Shown here piece after piece: positions 46,192 through 56,213 of a DNA stretch of 64,000 nucleotides. The notes beneath the pieces were generated by a model that saw only the letters and a program-made list of their open reading frames with translations, did not search any database and was not told where the DNA came from. Each line of letters begins with the position of its first letter. The first letter of the stretch is position 1. Made by a program: the position numbers and the translations under genes. Source of the DNA: a virus; IMG/VR virus record IMGVR_UViG_3300045010_000308, positions 1-64,000 of that record; one strand, given 5' to 3'.

Positions 46192-47850
46192 CTAGCCGAT
46201 CCAGCCAGGCCGATAGTACACCACCAAAGACGCTGAAGAGTTCGCGTTTCCGTCGTCTGCGAACGAGATCTCGTTGCTTCCAGGCGACAAGACGAGCCAG
46301 TCCGTCAGCGTGTCTAGCATCGACCGCGTCGCCTCCGTCGAGCCGTTGAACGCGACCTCGAGCGCGTAGGTGTCGATCTCGAGGACATCGACAGGTATCG
46401 ATGCAGAGCCGCTCGCTCCCGTCGCCGCGACGGTCGCGCCTGGCTTCTCGTACGTAAACGTGCTCGCAGTCGGCGTGTCGGCGATGACGAACGTGCCGTC
46501 GAATGTCGCGTCAGAGATCGCGACTGTGACCGTGTCGTTCGGCAAAAACCCGTGAGCGGCCGACGTCGTGAGCGTCACCAACCCGGCGGCAGTGCGCGCC
46601 TTGTTAGTCACGGTGCGACTCGTCGCGGCGCGCAGCGACCCGATGATGGTCAGCTCTTGGTCGCTTCCGGAGTTGTAGATCGACGCCGGCCCGGTCAACG
46701 GCCCGGTGACCTCGAGTATGACATGCACGTCCGTGTTCCCGTCGACGTCTACGGTCTCGGTGCCGTCTTCGCCGGTCGCGGCGTTCGCGCAAGAGATGTC
46801 TAGAGTGTAGTACCCGTCGGCGCGCTCCCAGTTCCAGCCGTACTTGATCGGGTCTGGTGCGCGCAGGCCGACGCTGAACTCGGTCCGCCCCCGCGGGTTG
46901 ACCGTCTCGATGTCTGGCCGGCCGCTCAGGCGCACCTTCGCGGCCTTCGTCGGCACCTCGTTGACGTACAGCCACGCGTTGCGATAGACGAGGCTCGTCG
47001 CTTCGATGAGCGCGTCTCGAGCCGCCGGGACATACGACGGGTCAGGCGGTATGAACACGCCCTCTAGCTTGAGGTCTCGAGCGGCCCAGCGCCCGCGGAC
47101 GTCGTACGAGCCGTCTCCCCAGCCGCGGTCGATGTCTTTCATCTCCGGCTCCGGGTGCCCCCACCACCCGCCGATGTCGGTGATGACCCACACGACGCCG
47201 TTCTCGTCGATCGTGTTGAAGACCATGCCGCCGAGCTGCACGTCAGCCTTGAGCTTCATCCCCGTGAAGACCGGAGGCGGCAGAGGCGTGAGCGCCTTGT
47301 TCGCGACCGTCGTCTCGTAGCCTTGCGAGAAGTCGTCCGTGTAGAGGTTGACCTGCGACGCTTGCTCGAGCAGCACGCCGTCGACTAGGAACTTTTTCGC
47401 TGCGGTCCCGGCCGCCGGCTGGATGATCGAGACGCGCGCCGCCGCGGTGCTCGCCGGCGCGGTCGCGACCTTGCCGATCCGAGACCAGTACAAGCCCGGC
47501 TCGAGCTCGACGGGCTCGCTCAACGACGAAGAGACGAGGCTTCCGCCCGTCAGCGCGGTGTACCAGTCGACCTTGACCCTGATGGTCGAGGCTTCTTCGG
47601 AGGCGGCGACCTTGACGTACGCCGACACGGCGTACGAGAGGCCTGCCACCGCCGCGACTCGCGACGAGAGGGCCGCGCCCGAGTTCGCAGCGGCCGCCTT
47701 TGTGACCTCGAGAGACGCAGAGCCGATGGCGTAGTCCGCCGTGACCCGCGCGACCGTCGCGCCGCCTGTCCCGGCCCACCCAGTCGCGCTCGCCTTGAAC
47801 GACGGGTTAGGGACCAGGTTCGTGCGCGGCGTGTTTTCTGGAGATGTCAT
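46192..47850 (-). CDS. Distal tail protein (Dit-like) with N-terminal CBM-like domain
   Basis: RTNLVPNPSF; APDPIKYG; LSPGSNEI; YRPGW. Confidence 0.8.
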   Translation of the reverse strand: MTSPENTPRTNLVPNPSFKASATGWAGTGGATVARVTADYAIGSASLEVTKAAAANSGAALSSRVAAVAGLSYAVSAYVKVAASEEASTIRVKVDWYTALTGGSLVSSSLSEPVELEPGLYWSRIGKVATAPASTAAARVSIIQPAAGTAAKKFLVDGVLLEQASQVNLYTDDFSQGYETTVANKALTPLPPPVFTGMKLKADVQLGGMVFNTIDENGVVWVITDIGGWWGHPEPEMKDIDRGWGDGSYDVRGRWAARDLKLEGVFIPPDPSYVPAARDALIEATSLVYRNAWLYVNEVPTKAAKVRLSGRPDIETVNPRGRTEFSVGLRAPDPIKYGWNWERADGYYTLDISCANAATGEDGTETVDVDGNTDVHVILEVTGPLTGPASIYNSGSDQELTIIGSLRAATSRTVTNKARTAAGLVTLTTSAAHGFLPNDTVTVAISDATFDGTFVIADTPTASTFTYEKPGATVAATGASGSASIPVDVLEIDTYALEVAFNGSTEATRSMLDTLTDWLVLSPGSNEISFADDGNANSSASLVVYYRPGWIG

Positions 47851-50800
47851 ACGGCTCCTGCTCGAAGCTGGAACGCAAGTTGACGAGAGATCATGGCCGC
47901 GAGCTCGCGCTCGTCCATGCCGGGCGACGGATAGACGTTGAACACCTGCCCGCCTCTGCCGCCCGCGAGCTGGTCGATGATCGCGCGGTCGCGCCTCGAG
48001 AGGCCTTGCGCGTCGAGCGGCTCGATGCGCTCTGGGCGGCCGGCCTCTGCGACTCGGACAAGCGTGCCTCCCTCTGACGGAAACACGGTGCCTCCAAGTG
48101 CGAGCTCCGGAAGCTTAGGCGCGCCGACCGTCTGTCCGCCGATGATAGGCACCCAGCGCGGCACAGACCAGGTAAGCTTGCCTACGGTGTTGTTCCATTG
48201 GCGAGCGATGAGGTTGAATCCAAGCCTGAATGGAGCAAATATGATGTTGACTATTCCGCTGAAGATGTTCTTCAGCCCGTTGACGAGGTTTCTAAACGCG
48301 CTCTCAAACAGCTCTTTGGCGCGGTCTGTGTCGCCGCGTAGCGCCGCAAAGAAGCCCTTGATGACGTCCCAGACGGCCTTGAAGATGGTGGTGATTCCGC
48401 CGACGACCCTGATGAAGCCGACGATTGCGGTTCCGACTGAGCCGATCGCGTTGGTGAGGACGAACTTGAGCAGCGGCACGAGCGTGACCGCGAGCACGTC
48501 TCCGATGACCCTGAAGATGTCTCCAAGGCTTTCGATCGACGGAAAGAACTTGTTGATCTCGTCCACGATCTTCTGAACCGCTTCGCCGAGCGCGTCTCTG
48601 ACCGCCGTGACGAGTCCCATGACGGCGTCTCGGAACTTTTCGCTGTTTTGCCACGCAAGAACGAAGATCGCGACGAGCGCCGCGATCGCTGCGATGACGA
48701 TGAGGATAGGTCCGGCACCCGACGCGCCGAGCGTGTAGAGCGCGTTGCGCATTCCGGTCAAGCCACCGCCTGTCATCGTGTACGCCACGCCGGCATTGCG
48801 AAATGCTCCGGTCAATTTGTTCATTTGTCCTGACACGCCTGGGATGATCATGAGCAGGTCGCCAAACTTTTGCGCATAGCCCATGAGGATTGTCAGCGTC
48901 GTCATTCCCAGGTTTTTCATCAAAGTAAGCGCCTTGACAAACCCGAGAAACGCCGTCACCGACATCGTGACCTTCATGACCATGTCGTTGCTGAAGATCG
49001 CGGTCATGATGTCAAGGCCAAAGTTGAGCACGGAGAAGAAGTTCTGGATCGAATCAGACTCGGCGAACAGCGCCATGAACTCGACGAACTTGTCTACGAA
49101 CTCTCCGAGTGCCGGTGCGCCTTCTAGCAGCCGACCCAAGGCCTCCGTGATCGTCGTGACCGCGCTGTTGAGCTTGTCGGCGAACGCGCCGACGCCTTCG
49201 TCGTCGGCGAGCCTCAAGAACGCCATCACGAGCCCGTTGAAAAGCCGGCCGATCGCCTCGACGTTCGGGACGACGCGCTTGAAGTACTCCTCGAGCGTGC
49301 CGTCCGCCTCGATCCGCCCGGTGAACTCGGCGAACTTCGCCGTCGCGTTCTCGAAAGACGTCAAGAGCATCTCGCCGGCGCTGCCGGGGCCCGTGGCCGC
49401 GCGGCCGATGTTCATCAAGGCGGTCCCGATGTTGTTGAAGATGTCTCCAAGTTGCCCGGCTACCTCGCCGGCATAGTTGAATGTCTCGGTCAGCTCGCCG
49501 GTCTTCTCTTTGAGCGTCATCGACTCTGCCCAGCCGCCGGTAAGTGTCACGAGCCAGTCGGCGAACTTCCTCGTGAGAGGCCCGGCTGCGTCGAGCAGCT
49601 TGAGGACGGCGACAGCGAGGTTTCCGGTGACAATTCCCATCTGATCGATGAAGTAGATGCTCGTCTCGCCGACATCCCCGAAGCTCTTGATGACGTCTGG
49701 GGCCGCCATGATCTCGGCGAACTTCTTGGCCGCGTTGCCGACGGCCTCGCCGACACGCGGGAGCAGCGTCTCGAGCGTCGGAAAGTACGAGTCGACAAGG
49801 AGTGACAGCGCCTCGCCGATCCGCGGCAGCAACTCGCGCTGCACTTCTTCTCTGACCGCCTTGAACTGCTTTTTGATCTTGATCAGCAGGTCGACGAACG
49901 CTTGGGCCTCTGGGATGAGCTTGCCGAACGCGTCGTCTGCCGCTCCTCCTCCTCTTCCGCCCTTGTTCGCGTCTTCGCGTGCGCGAGCGAGCTCGCGCTC
50001 GGCGTCTACCTGAGCCCGCAGGCCGTCTCTCTCGGTTCGCGCCAGGTCTTGCCGCGCGTCGTCGAGCCTGCGCGTCGCATCGAGGACTTCTTTCGAGCCT
50101 TCGACTCTTTTCTTGCTCGCCTCGTCTTGCTCCTTGGCGAGGTCCGCGTTGCGGTCTTTCGCGCGCCTCAGGTTGAGTTCGGTCTCGGCGAACGCAAGCT
50201 CGGCTTCCCGGCGGGCACGGCTGTTTGGCGGCAGGTCCTGGACACGTTGCAGTCGCTCGCGCGCTTTCTCGAGCTCGAGCGAGGCTCTCGTCTCGCTGAG
50301 CGCCGCGTCTTCGGCGTCAAAGTCGAGCTGCTGCAGGCTTTCCGCCGCTTCTTTCCTCGCCTCTGTGAGCGCTTCTTCTGCGTCGGCGAGGTCACGCTTC
50401 GCTCGGACAAGAGACTCGCGGTTTGACTCGATGACGCGAGCGAGCGAGCGCTCTGCGTCTTCGATCCTGCGCAGCGCTGCCTCGTTGTCTTTGCCGGCGC
50501 CTTTTGCCTCTTTTGAGCGCGCCTTGAGGGCCTCTCCGATCCCAGAAAAGCCCATCTTGACGGCGACCATCGCGAAGGCCAATGCGGCCATAGCTCCGCC
50601 TAGCGCCATCAACGAAGGTATCGCAGCGGACACCTGCGAGACGAGGATGACTAGCCCAGACGCGAGTGCGCCGACTCCTCCGACCAGCGCGGCGATACCG
50701 GGGCCTAAGAAGTAGCCGACCGTGACGAGCCTCCTGAACGCGTCCGCCGCGGCGCGCCCGTTCGCTCGTATGTCTGCGAACGCTCCGGCGAGGCCCTTTG

Positions 50801-50960
50801 CGTTCCTTGTCAACCCGCCGCTGAACCCGCGGTTGAACGTCTGGGCGGCCTGCTGCCCGGCCTGCTGCAGGTTCGCACGGCGAAGAGCGTTCTGTACGTC
50901 GCGCTGGAAGCCCGTGGTGACGGCGCGTACGATGACGTATGCGTCACCGACTACCGGCAT
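47847..50960 (-). CDS. Tape measure protein, phage B
   Basis: 1037 aa helical protein, VGDAYVIVRA, WQNSEKFRD, LALGG..VAEAGRPE. Confidence 0.92.
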   Translation of the reverse strand: MPVVGDAYVIVRAVTTGFQRDVQNALRRANLQQAGQQAAQTFNRGFSGGLTRNAKGLAGAFADIRANGRAAADAFRRLVTVGYFLGPGIAALVGGVGALASGLVILVSQVSAAIPSLMALGGAMAALAFAMVAVKMGFSGIGEALKARSKEAKGAGKDNEAALRRIEDAERSLARVIESNRESLVRAKRDLADAEEALTEARKEAAESLQQLDFDAEDAALSETRASLELEKARERLQRVQDLPPNSRARREAELAFAETELNLRRAKDRNADLAKEQDEASKKRVEGSKEVLDATRRLDDARQDLARTERDGLRAQVDAERELARAREDANKGGRGGGAADDAFGKLIPEAQAFVDLLIKIKKQFKAVREEVQRELLPRIGEALSLLVDSYFPTLETLLPRVGEAVGNAAKKFAEIMAAPDVIKSFGDVGETSIYFIDQMGIVTGNLAVAVLKLLDAAGPLTRKFADWLVTLTGGWAESMTLKEKTGELTETFNYAGEVAGQLGDIFNNIGTALMNIGRAATGPGSAGEMLLTSFENATAKFAEFTGRIEADGTLEEYFKRVVPNVEAIGRLFNGLVMAFLRLADDEGVGAFADKLNSAVTTITEALGRLLEGAPALGEFVDKFVEFMALFAESDSIQNFFSVLNFGLDIMTAIFSNDMVMKVTMSVTAFLGFVKALTLMKNLGMTTLTILMGYAQKFGDLLMIIPGVSGQMNKLTGAFRNAGVAYTMTGGGLTGMRNALYTLGASGAGPILIVIAAIAALVAIFVLAWQNSEKFRDAVMGLVTAVRDALGEAVQKIVDEINKFFPSIESLGDIFRVIGDVLAVTLVPLLKFVLTNAIGSVGTAIVGFIRVVGGITTIFKAVWDVIKGFFAALRGDTDRAKELFESAFRNLVNGLKNIFSGIVNIIFAPFRLGFNLIARQWNNTVGKLTWSVPRWVPIIGGQTVGAPKLPELALGGTVFPSEGGTLVRVAEAGRPERIEPLDAQGLSRRDRAIIDQLAGGRGGQVFNVYPSPGMDERELAAMISRQLAFQLRAGAV

Positions 50961-50978
50961 GTCGACCTCCTCGTGCTC

Positions 50979-51406
50979 TTAGTTCAGCGGGGCGTCAAGT
51001 GTCGTTCCGAACGGTCGCGCTGAGTTTTCGTCAATCTTAGTCGGTGGCACGTACGGCTTCACCGAGCCCTGCCGCTCTGCGTCGAACGGGCGGATGTCGC
51101 TGGCGTCTTCGTGGCCGAGCGGCGGGTCGATCGACGCCGGGACCGAGCCGATCCCGGTCGAGAACCTGTACGTGTACTCTTTCTCGTACATCTGGCGGTA
51201 CAACAGCGACCTCGACTTCGAGATCGCCTCGGCCTGCTCGGCGCTCGCGAACCGCATGTCGTCCTCAAACATGTAGTGCAGCACGTCGAGCATGTCGCTC
51301 GCGTCGAGCTCGGCGAGGTTGACTCCGCTCATGATCGCCTTCCCGTTGACGTACGGCCAGAGTTCTACGCCCCAGTGGGCGAGGCCTCTGGCCGCTGCGT
51401 AGGGCG
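50979..51406 (-). CDS. Tail assembly chaperone frameshift extension (T-like)
   Basis: -1 frame overlapping the chaperone end at CGC CCT ACG; reads YAAARGLAHWG...PFGTTLDAPLN. Confidence 0.6.
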
Positions 51407-51709
51407 GTTGGTGTACTCCGCGACGAGCCAGGCCGCGACCTCCGCGAGCGTGTCGACAGAGATGATCTTGTCCGGGTCCGCGCAAAGCTCCTCGAACTTC
51501 TTGTAGTCTGCGGGCAGGAGGACCGTCTCGAAGAACTTGTTCACCGCGTCGGCGCTCTTGACCGGGTCGTCTGCGTTCGCGACGAGCGCGAGCAGCAGCT
51601 TCCCCTGCACGGCCTTGCGGCAGTTGAACGTCTCGCCGTGAAGCTTGAACGTGACTGGTTCGGCGCCGGACAGGTCCGGGCCGCTACCAAAGTCTTTGAA
51701 CCTTGACAT
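51365..51709 (-). CDS. Tail assembly chaperone (G-like)
   Basis: FKLHGETF, WLVAEYTNRPT; AAGGAG RBS; upstream of TMP. Confidence 0.75.
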   Translation of the reverse strand: MSRFKDFGSGPDLSGAEPVTFKLHGETFNCRKAVQGKLLLALVANADDPVKSADAVNKFFETVLLPADYKKFEELCADPDKIISVDTLAEVAAWLVAEYTNRPTQRPEASPTGA

Positions 51710-51823
51710 TGCCGTCTCCTTGTGTAGGTGTGTCGCTGAGGCTGGACATCGCCTCGTGCCGGTCGGCACTGCGTCCAGTCCATACTGTAACAAACGGAGC
51801 GGCGCCTGACCGGCGCTTCAGCG

Positions 51824-52249
51824 CTATGTGACGAAGATCGGAAGGTTGTCGCTCAAGAACTTGTTCGGGCGCGTCCCGGGGTGCCTGACGCTGTTAGCGA
51901 AGACGACGGTACCTCCCCGCGTGAACCGCAAGACGCGGCGCCTGTACTGGTTTTTTCGCTTTCCTCTGATGATGTGCGGAAGCGTGCCCTCGTGGTGCCA
52001 GTAGGCGTAGTTGATCTTCGAGCCGATCTTCCAGGTCTGCCCGCCCTTGCGGCTTCTTTTCTCGATGATGTTGATCGACGACTGGAGGTCTCTCGTCCGC
52101 ACGCCGACCTGCCGCTTCGCCGCGATGATGAAATACATCGACTTGTCCCACAGGTACTCGCCGACCTTCCCGGTCGGCTCGTTGAGGAAGATGTGCAGCT
52201 GCGGCTGACGCCAGACGATGCGCCCGTGGCTGACGCGCGCCGTGACCAT
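51824..52249 (-). CDS. HK97 gp10-like neck protein
   Basis: GVRT..LQSSI, YAYWHHEGT, VRHPGTRPNKFL. Confidence 0.75.
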   Translation of the reverse strand: MVTARVSHGRIVWRQPQLHIFLNEPTGKVGEYLWDKSMYFIIAAKRQVGVRTRDLQSSINIIEKRSRKGGQTWKIGSKINYAYWHHEGTLPHIIRGKRKNQYRRRVLRFTRGGTVVFANSVRHPGTRPNKFLSDNLPIFVT

Positions 52250-52758
52250 CAGGGTATCGCCATCGTCACTTGCATCGAGACGAGGCGGAACCCGCCCTCT
52301 GGGTCGCCCGTCTCGACGGTCGCGATGACGCCTGGCCCGAAGATGCCCTCGCCTTCCCACATGTCGAGAGAGTTGAGCGACTGCAGCAAGATCCACGCGT
52401 CGACGGCGGAGATCTCTGACCCCTCTGAGATTTTTTCGGGTGACGGCGGCTTCACTCCCTGTGTCATCACGACGGGTAGCGCGCGAGCGACTGACACGAT
52501 CAGAGACGCGCTGCGCACGGTGTTGCACCGGTTCGGCGAGTTGTCTTGCGCTCCAGGCGGGCCGAGGTACGCCTGCACGAAGTGCACGACGAGCTGCTCG
52601 CAGTCGATCGCCGGGATGCCCATCGTCCAGTAGCGGCGCTCCGGGATCGGCACGTTGTACGAGGTGTAGATGCCCTCGACACGGTCCAAGACGCCCTCGA
52701 GCAGGTTCTTGAGGTGGAGCGCGTCGGCGCTGACGTTAGAGATGTCGACGATGTGCAT
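52249..52758 (-). CDS. Tail terminator-like structural protein
   Basis: Position between adaptor and neck genes; PAIDCEQL, PEGG. Confidence 0.55.
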   Translation of the reverse strand: MHIVDISNVSADALHLKNLLEGVLDRVEGIYTSYNVPIPERRYWTMGIPAIDCEQLVVHFVQAYLGPPGAQDNSPNRCNTVRSASLIVSVARALPVVMTQGVKPPSPEKISEGSEISAVDAWILLQSLNSLDMWEGEGIFGPGVIATVETGDPEGGFRLVSMQVTMAIP

Positions 52759-52767
52759 GCTGCTACG

Positions 52768-52917
52768 CTATTCCGGCGAGTCTTCTTGCCCGGCGTCCTG
52801 CTCTTCTCGGTCTCGATCTCGATCGCGCTTGCGCACCGGGCGCGCCGCCGCCGTCGAGCGGGCTGGCTGCCCGTTGGGGAGGTAGTCGTGCTTGTTCTTC
52901 CTCGTCTTGAGCTGCAT
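52768..52917 (-). CDS. Small hypothetical protein (49 aa)
   Basis: Fills the gap: MQLKTRKNKHDYLPNG... Confidence 0.35.
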   Translation of the reverse strand: MQLKTRKNKHDYLPNGQPARSTAAARPVRKRDRDRDREEQDAGQEDSPE

Positions 52918-52919
52918 GG

Positions 52920-54071
52920 CTACGCGGGCGTCCCCGGCTCAAGCGTGATCGCGTTGACGAGCGAGGTGGCGAGCTGCACCTTGAGGTTCCCGGAGCAGAT
53001 GTACACCGTCTCTGTCTCGCCGGAGAACAGCGGGTGCGGCCGCGTCGCGTAGATGTCGTACGTGCCTGGGTCGACCTTGCCGAGGACCGGGAGAGCGTTC
53101 GCGTAGCTGACGGTGACCTTGATCTTCGTGTCGCTCTCCAAGAACTGGATCGCCGCGAGGTCGAGGTCGACCGAGCGCGACTCGGCGTAGTTCCTCACGG
53201 TCACGGACGGCAGCCAGCCCGGCTCGTTGACCAAGAACTCTGCGTTGATCGTGTCGAGCGCGACCGTCATCGACCCCGTCGTGTGCTGGACGATCGCGAT
53301 GTCGAGCGCGCTCTTGCCGAGCTTCGGCGCCTTCGGCGTGTACGCGCGGGCGCGCGGCAAGTCCGGCGTGAACACGCGCGCCTTCGCGCGGGCGCCGTCT
53401 GGGTTGACCGACTTGAGGAACAGGTCGACGGTGTAGACGCCTGTCCGCAGCTCTTGGATGAACTCTTGGCTGTCGAGGACCGTGTACGAGACTCCCTGGC
53501 GCGACACAGACGTGACACGCGCTGGGAGCTCGCAGTCGTCTCCGGACCACAGCTTGACGAACTGGATCGCCATGTACCGAGCGGCCTCGCGACCGAGCGC
53601 CGGCGCCTGTGCGCCGTACGTGTACGTGACCTCGACGTCGCACGGTGCCCACGCGAAGCCCGGCGCGGGCTGGACCGTCGAGTGGTCGACGAGGTAGTAC
53701 TTGTCCGACGTGATCAGCTCGCCGGCGCGGTTGCGGACCTCGTGGATCTCGATGACGGGCCGCCCGCGCAGGCGAAGTCGCGACTGAGGCGTGAGGCCGT
53801 CGCTCGTGACGTCTGCGTAGTTGTCGAAGTCTTGGTACGGGACGTTGTAGACGTCGCCGTCGACGAGCTCGGCGGTGAAGTTGTGAGACGAGGCGCCGTA
53901 GCGATAGCTCCGCGACGCGCAGACGTAGCGCTCTGTGACCGTGTTGACGCCGGAGTATCTGCGGCCAGACATCGACCAAAGAAGCTGCGACGCCGACTTG
54001 CACGCCTGGTACGAGAACTGGCTGTTCGCGTACTCGCCAAGCTCGCTCGGCGTGATCCAGAGGTTTGACAT
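52920..54071 (-). CDS. Head-to-tail adaptor
   Basis: ASQLLWSMSGR, CELPARVTSVSRQGVS, TGVYTVDLFL..VNP. Confidence 0.75.
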   Translation of the reverse strand: MSNLWITPSELGEYANSQFSYQACKSASQLLWSMSGRRYSGVNTVTERYVCASRSYRYGASSHNFTAELVDGDVYNVPYQDFDNYADVTSDGLTPQSRLRLRGRPVIEIHEVRNRAGELITSDKYYLVDHSTVQPAPGFAWAPCDVEVTYTYGAQAPALGREAARYMAIQFVKLWSGDDCELPARVTSVSRQGVSYTVLDSQEFIQELRTGVYTVDLFLKSVNPDGARAKARVFTPDLPRARAYTPKAPKLGKSALDIAIVQHTTGSMTVALDTINAEFLVNEPGWLPSVTVRNYAESRSVDLDLAAIQFLESDTKIKVTVSYANALPVLGKVDPGTYDIYATRPHPLFSGETETVYICSGNLKVQLATSLVNAITLEPGTPA

Positions 54072-54151
54072 CTACTTCTCCGTCTTGCAAACGGTGAACG
54101 GGTGGTGCGCTAGCGATTCTACGCTGTTGCGCGCCGCCCGCCTGCGAGCGG

Positions 54152-55198
54152 TCAGGACGTCGGGTCCTCCGTGGAGGCGATGATGAAGTCGATCGCGTTG
54201 TCCTCGTTGTAGTCCACGTTGCCGGGGACGTTGTACGCGGTCGTCGAGCCCTGCGACGTGAAGTCGGTGACCAAGCGGCCGTTGGCGTAGACCTCGGCGG
54301 TGCCGGAGTCCGCGGCCGAGGCGATCGTCCCCGACGCCGGCGTCGTGTAGGTGAACGTGCTGGTCGTCGGCGTGCCCGTGATCGTGAACGTCCCGTTGAG
54401 CGCCGTCGCGGTCAGGCCTTCGACGACTACCGTGTCGCCGACCTCGAACTCGTGCGTCCCGCTGACCGTGAGCGTCGCGGTCGTGCCCGCGCGCGCGACG
54501 TTCGTGACCGCCTCGACGAGGTCGCCGTGCCACGAGTAGAAGCCCTTGCGGCCGGTCGGTGCCCACGAGGAGCGAGCGTACGAGTACGCGCGCTCTGTCG
54601 CGACGGCGAACTCCCAGCGGTCATCGAGGCCGTTGCCGAAGCCGACGTTGCCGAGGCCGTAGCCCTCGAACGTCGTCGCGAGCATGCCGTTCTCGATCAC
54701 GCGGTCGCCGGACTGGCGAAGCTTGCAGTACGGGAACACCCAGTGGAAGTACGGGCGTGTCGCGGCGCGCCGGCCGTCGCTCACGGCGAACGACCAGCAC
54801 TCGATCGCGACGCCGAAGCCGGACGGGTCGTCGCCGACCGCCGGAGCCGACCAGCCGATGCTCTGGCGGTCTGGCGCGGCGAACGTGCCGAGGTTCTTGC
54901 GGAGGAGCAAGCCGCCCGAGATGAGCTGCGTCAGCTCCGGGTCTGGCTCGCAGATCGCGAGCTCCATCGTGATGCGCTTGAAGGTGTTCGGCGCCTTGTA
55001 CGACACGCAGATCGTGCCGTCGGCCGACTTCTCGGTGATTTCGTCGCCTTCTTCGTACTCAGGCGTGAACGACATGCGCATGAACGCCGATGTCGTGTAG
55101 CTGTCGCCGTCGTTGTTGAGCAGGTTGCCCGACGCGTCTAGCCGCGTGACGCGGATCGAGACGCCTTGGATGCTTGCCGCGTAGTCTTGTGTTGCCAT
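54152..55198 (-). CDS. Major tail protein, phage B, with C-terminal accessory domain
   Basis: IRVTRLD, EYEEGDEI..K.ADG.IC, HWVFP. Confidence 0.82.
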   Translation of the reverse strand: MATQDYAASIQGVSIRVTRLDASGNLLNNDGDSYTTSAFMRMSFTPEYEEGDEITEKSADGTICVSYKAPNTFKRITMELAICEPDPELTQLISGGLLLRKNLGTFAAPDRQSIGWSAPAVGDDPSGFGVAIECWSFAVSDGRRAATRPYFHWVFPYCKLRQSGDRVIENGMLATTFEGYGLGNVGFGNGLDDRWEFAVATERAYSYARSSWAPTGRKGFYSWHGDLVEAVTNVARAGTTATLTVSGTHEFEVGDTVVVEGLTATALNGTFTITGTPTTSTFTYTTPASGTIASAADSGTAEVYANGRLVTDFTSQGSTTAYNVPGNVDYNEDNAIDFIIASTEDPTS

Positions 55199-55235
55199 TG
55201 TGAGGATGCTCCTTGGTGGCTAGTTCGTTGCTATT

Positions 55236-56102
55236 TTACGCTGCCAGGTTGACCCTGACCGCTAGGTGCACGCTCGTGCTGAAGTACACCGCCGCGGGCC
55301 TGATCGCCTTGATCTTCATGTCGTTCTGGTTTCCGCTGACGTTGTACGCCTGCGAGAAGTTGTCGTTGACGACGTCTACCTCGCCTACGTACGTCTTCAC
55401 CGAGCCAGTCGCGTATATCCACTTGTTCGTGTCCGTGGCCGCGGCGTTCGCGTCGCCGTCTGGGCCGACTCCGGTGTACCCTGAGCCGACCACGACCGGA
55501 GTGCCCGAGATCGTCTGGATGTAGTCGTCGCCTCGAAAGATCACGAAGTCACTCGAGAGCAGCGACGCGACGTCGCGCGTGATGTGGATCACTCCACGCT
55601 CTCCGACCGGCGAGGTGTCTGCGATCTTGTGGTCAAGAAGCGCGAGCGCTCTCACCGCGGACAGAGCCGCACCGGCGTTGAGGACGGTCGCGGACGAGCT
55701 GGACAGCGCTCGGTTGTCGTGGGTCTCGCCCTTGCGGACGGGGCCGACCCAGAGCTCGCGCTCGACCGCTTTTTCTGTCACCGCCTCGACCTGGCGCTTC
55801 AGTCGAGCGAACCGGTCGACGGCGAGGAAGCCGAGCGTCGACAGCGTGTCTTCGACCTCGATGAAGAACGGCTTGATCTCCGCGTACCGAGTCGGAGTCG
55901 CGTTCGTCGTGAGAGTGCTGCTCGTGGTGTCGGTGTCGTCGAACAACTTCGCCGAGTACAGCGTCGAGTCCCACTCCTGCGAGAACCCGCGGATCCACCT
56001 GTCTTCGTCTACTGAACTTTCCGGCTTTGCGACACAGAAGATGCCGTACTTCGGAAGCGATATCTCTGGCGCTTCTACGACTCCGTTTGCTGGAAAAGCC
56101 AT
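55236..56102 (-). CDS. Second capsid protein (pentamer-type)
   Basis: Directly after the MCP; AVERELW, GVIH, GTPVVVGSGY, WIYATG. Confidence 0.65.
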   Translation of the reverse strand: MAFPANGVVEAPEISLPKYGIFCVAKPESSVDEDRWIRGFSQEWDSTLYSAKLFDDTDTTSSTLTTNATPTRYAEIKPFFIEVEDTLSTLGFLAVDRFARLKRQVEAVTEKAVERELWVGPVRKGETHDNRALSSSSATVLNAGAALSAVRALALLDHKIADTSPVGERGVIHITRDVASLLSSDFVIFRGDDYIQTISGTPVVVGSGYTGVGPDGDANAAATDTNKWIYATGSVKTYVGEVDVVNDNFSQAYNVSGNQNDMKIKAIRPAAVYFSTSVHLAVRVNLAA

Positions 56103-56139
56103 CTGGTTCCTCTATGTGCGTGCGGTTGCTTTTGCCAGG

Positions 56140-56191
56140 GCGCGACCTCCCCGCGGCGGGGGCCGGTCAGATTTCTCCGGCCCCCGCTTGA
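56140..56191 (-). terminator. GC-rich hairpin between the two capsid genes
   Basis: GCGGGGGCCGG (56156-56166) / CCGGCCCCCGC (56177-56187) plus outer GCGCGAC/GTCGCGC. Confidence 0.65.
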
Positions 56192-56213
56192 GGTGTCGCG
56201 CCGTCAAGTTTGG

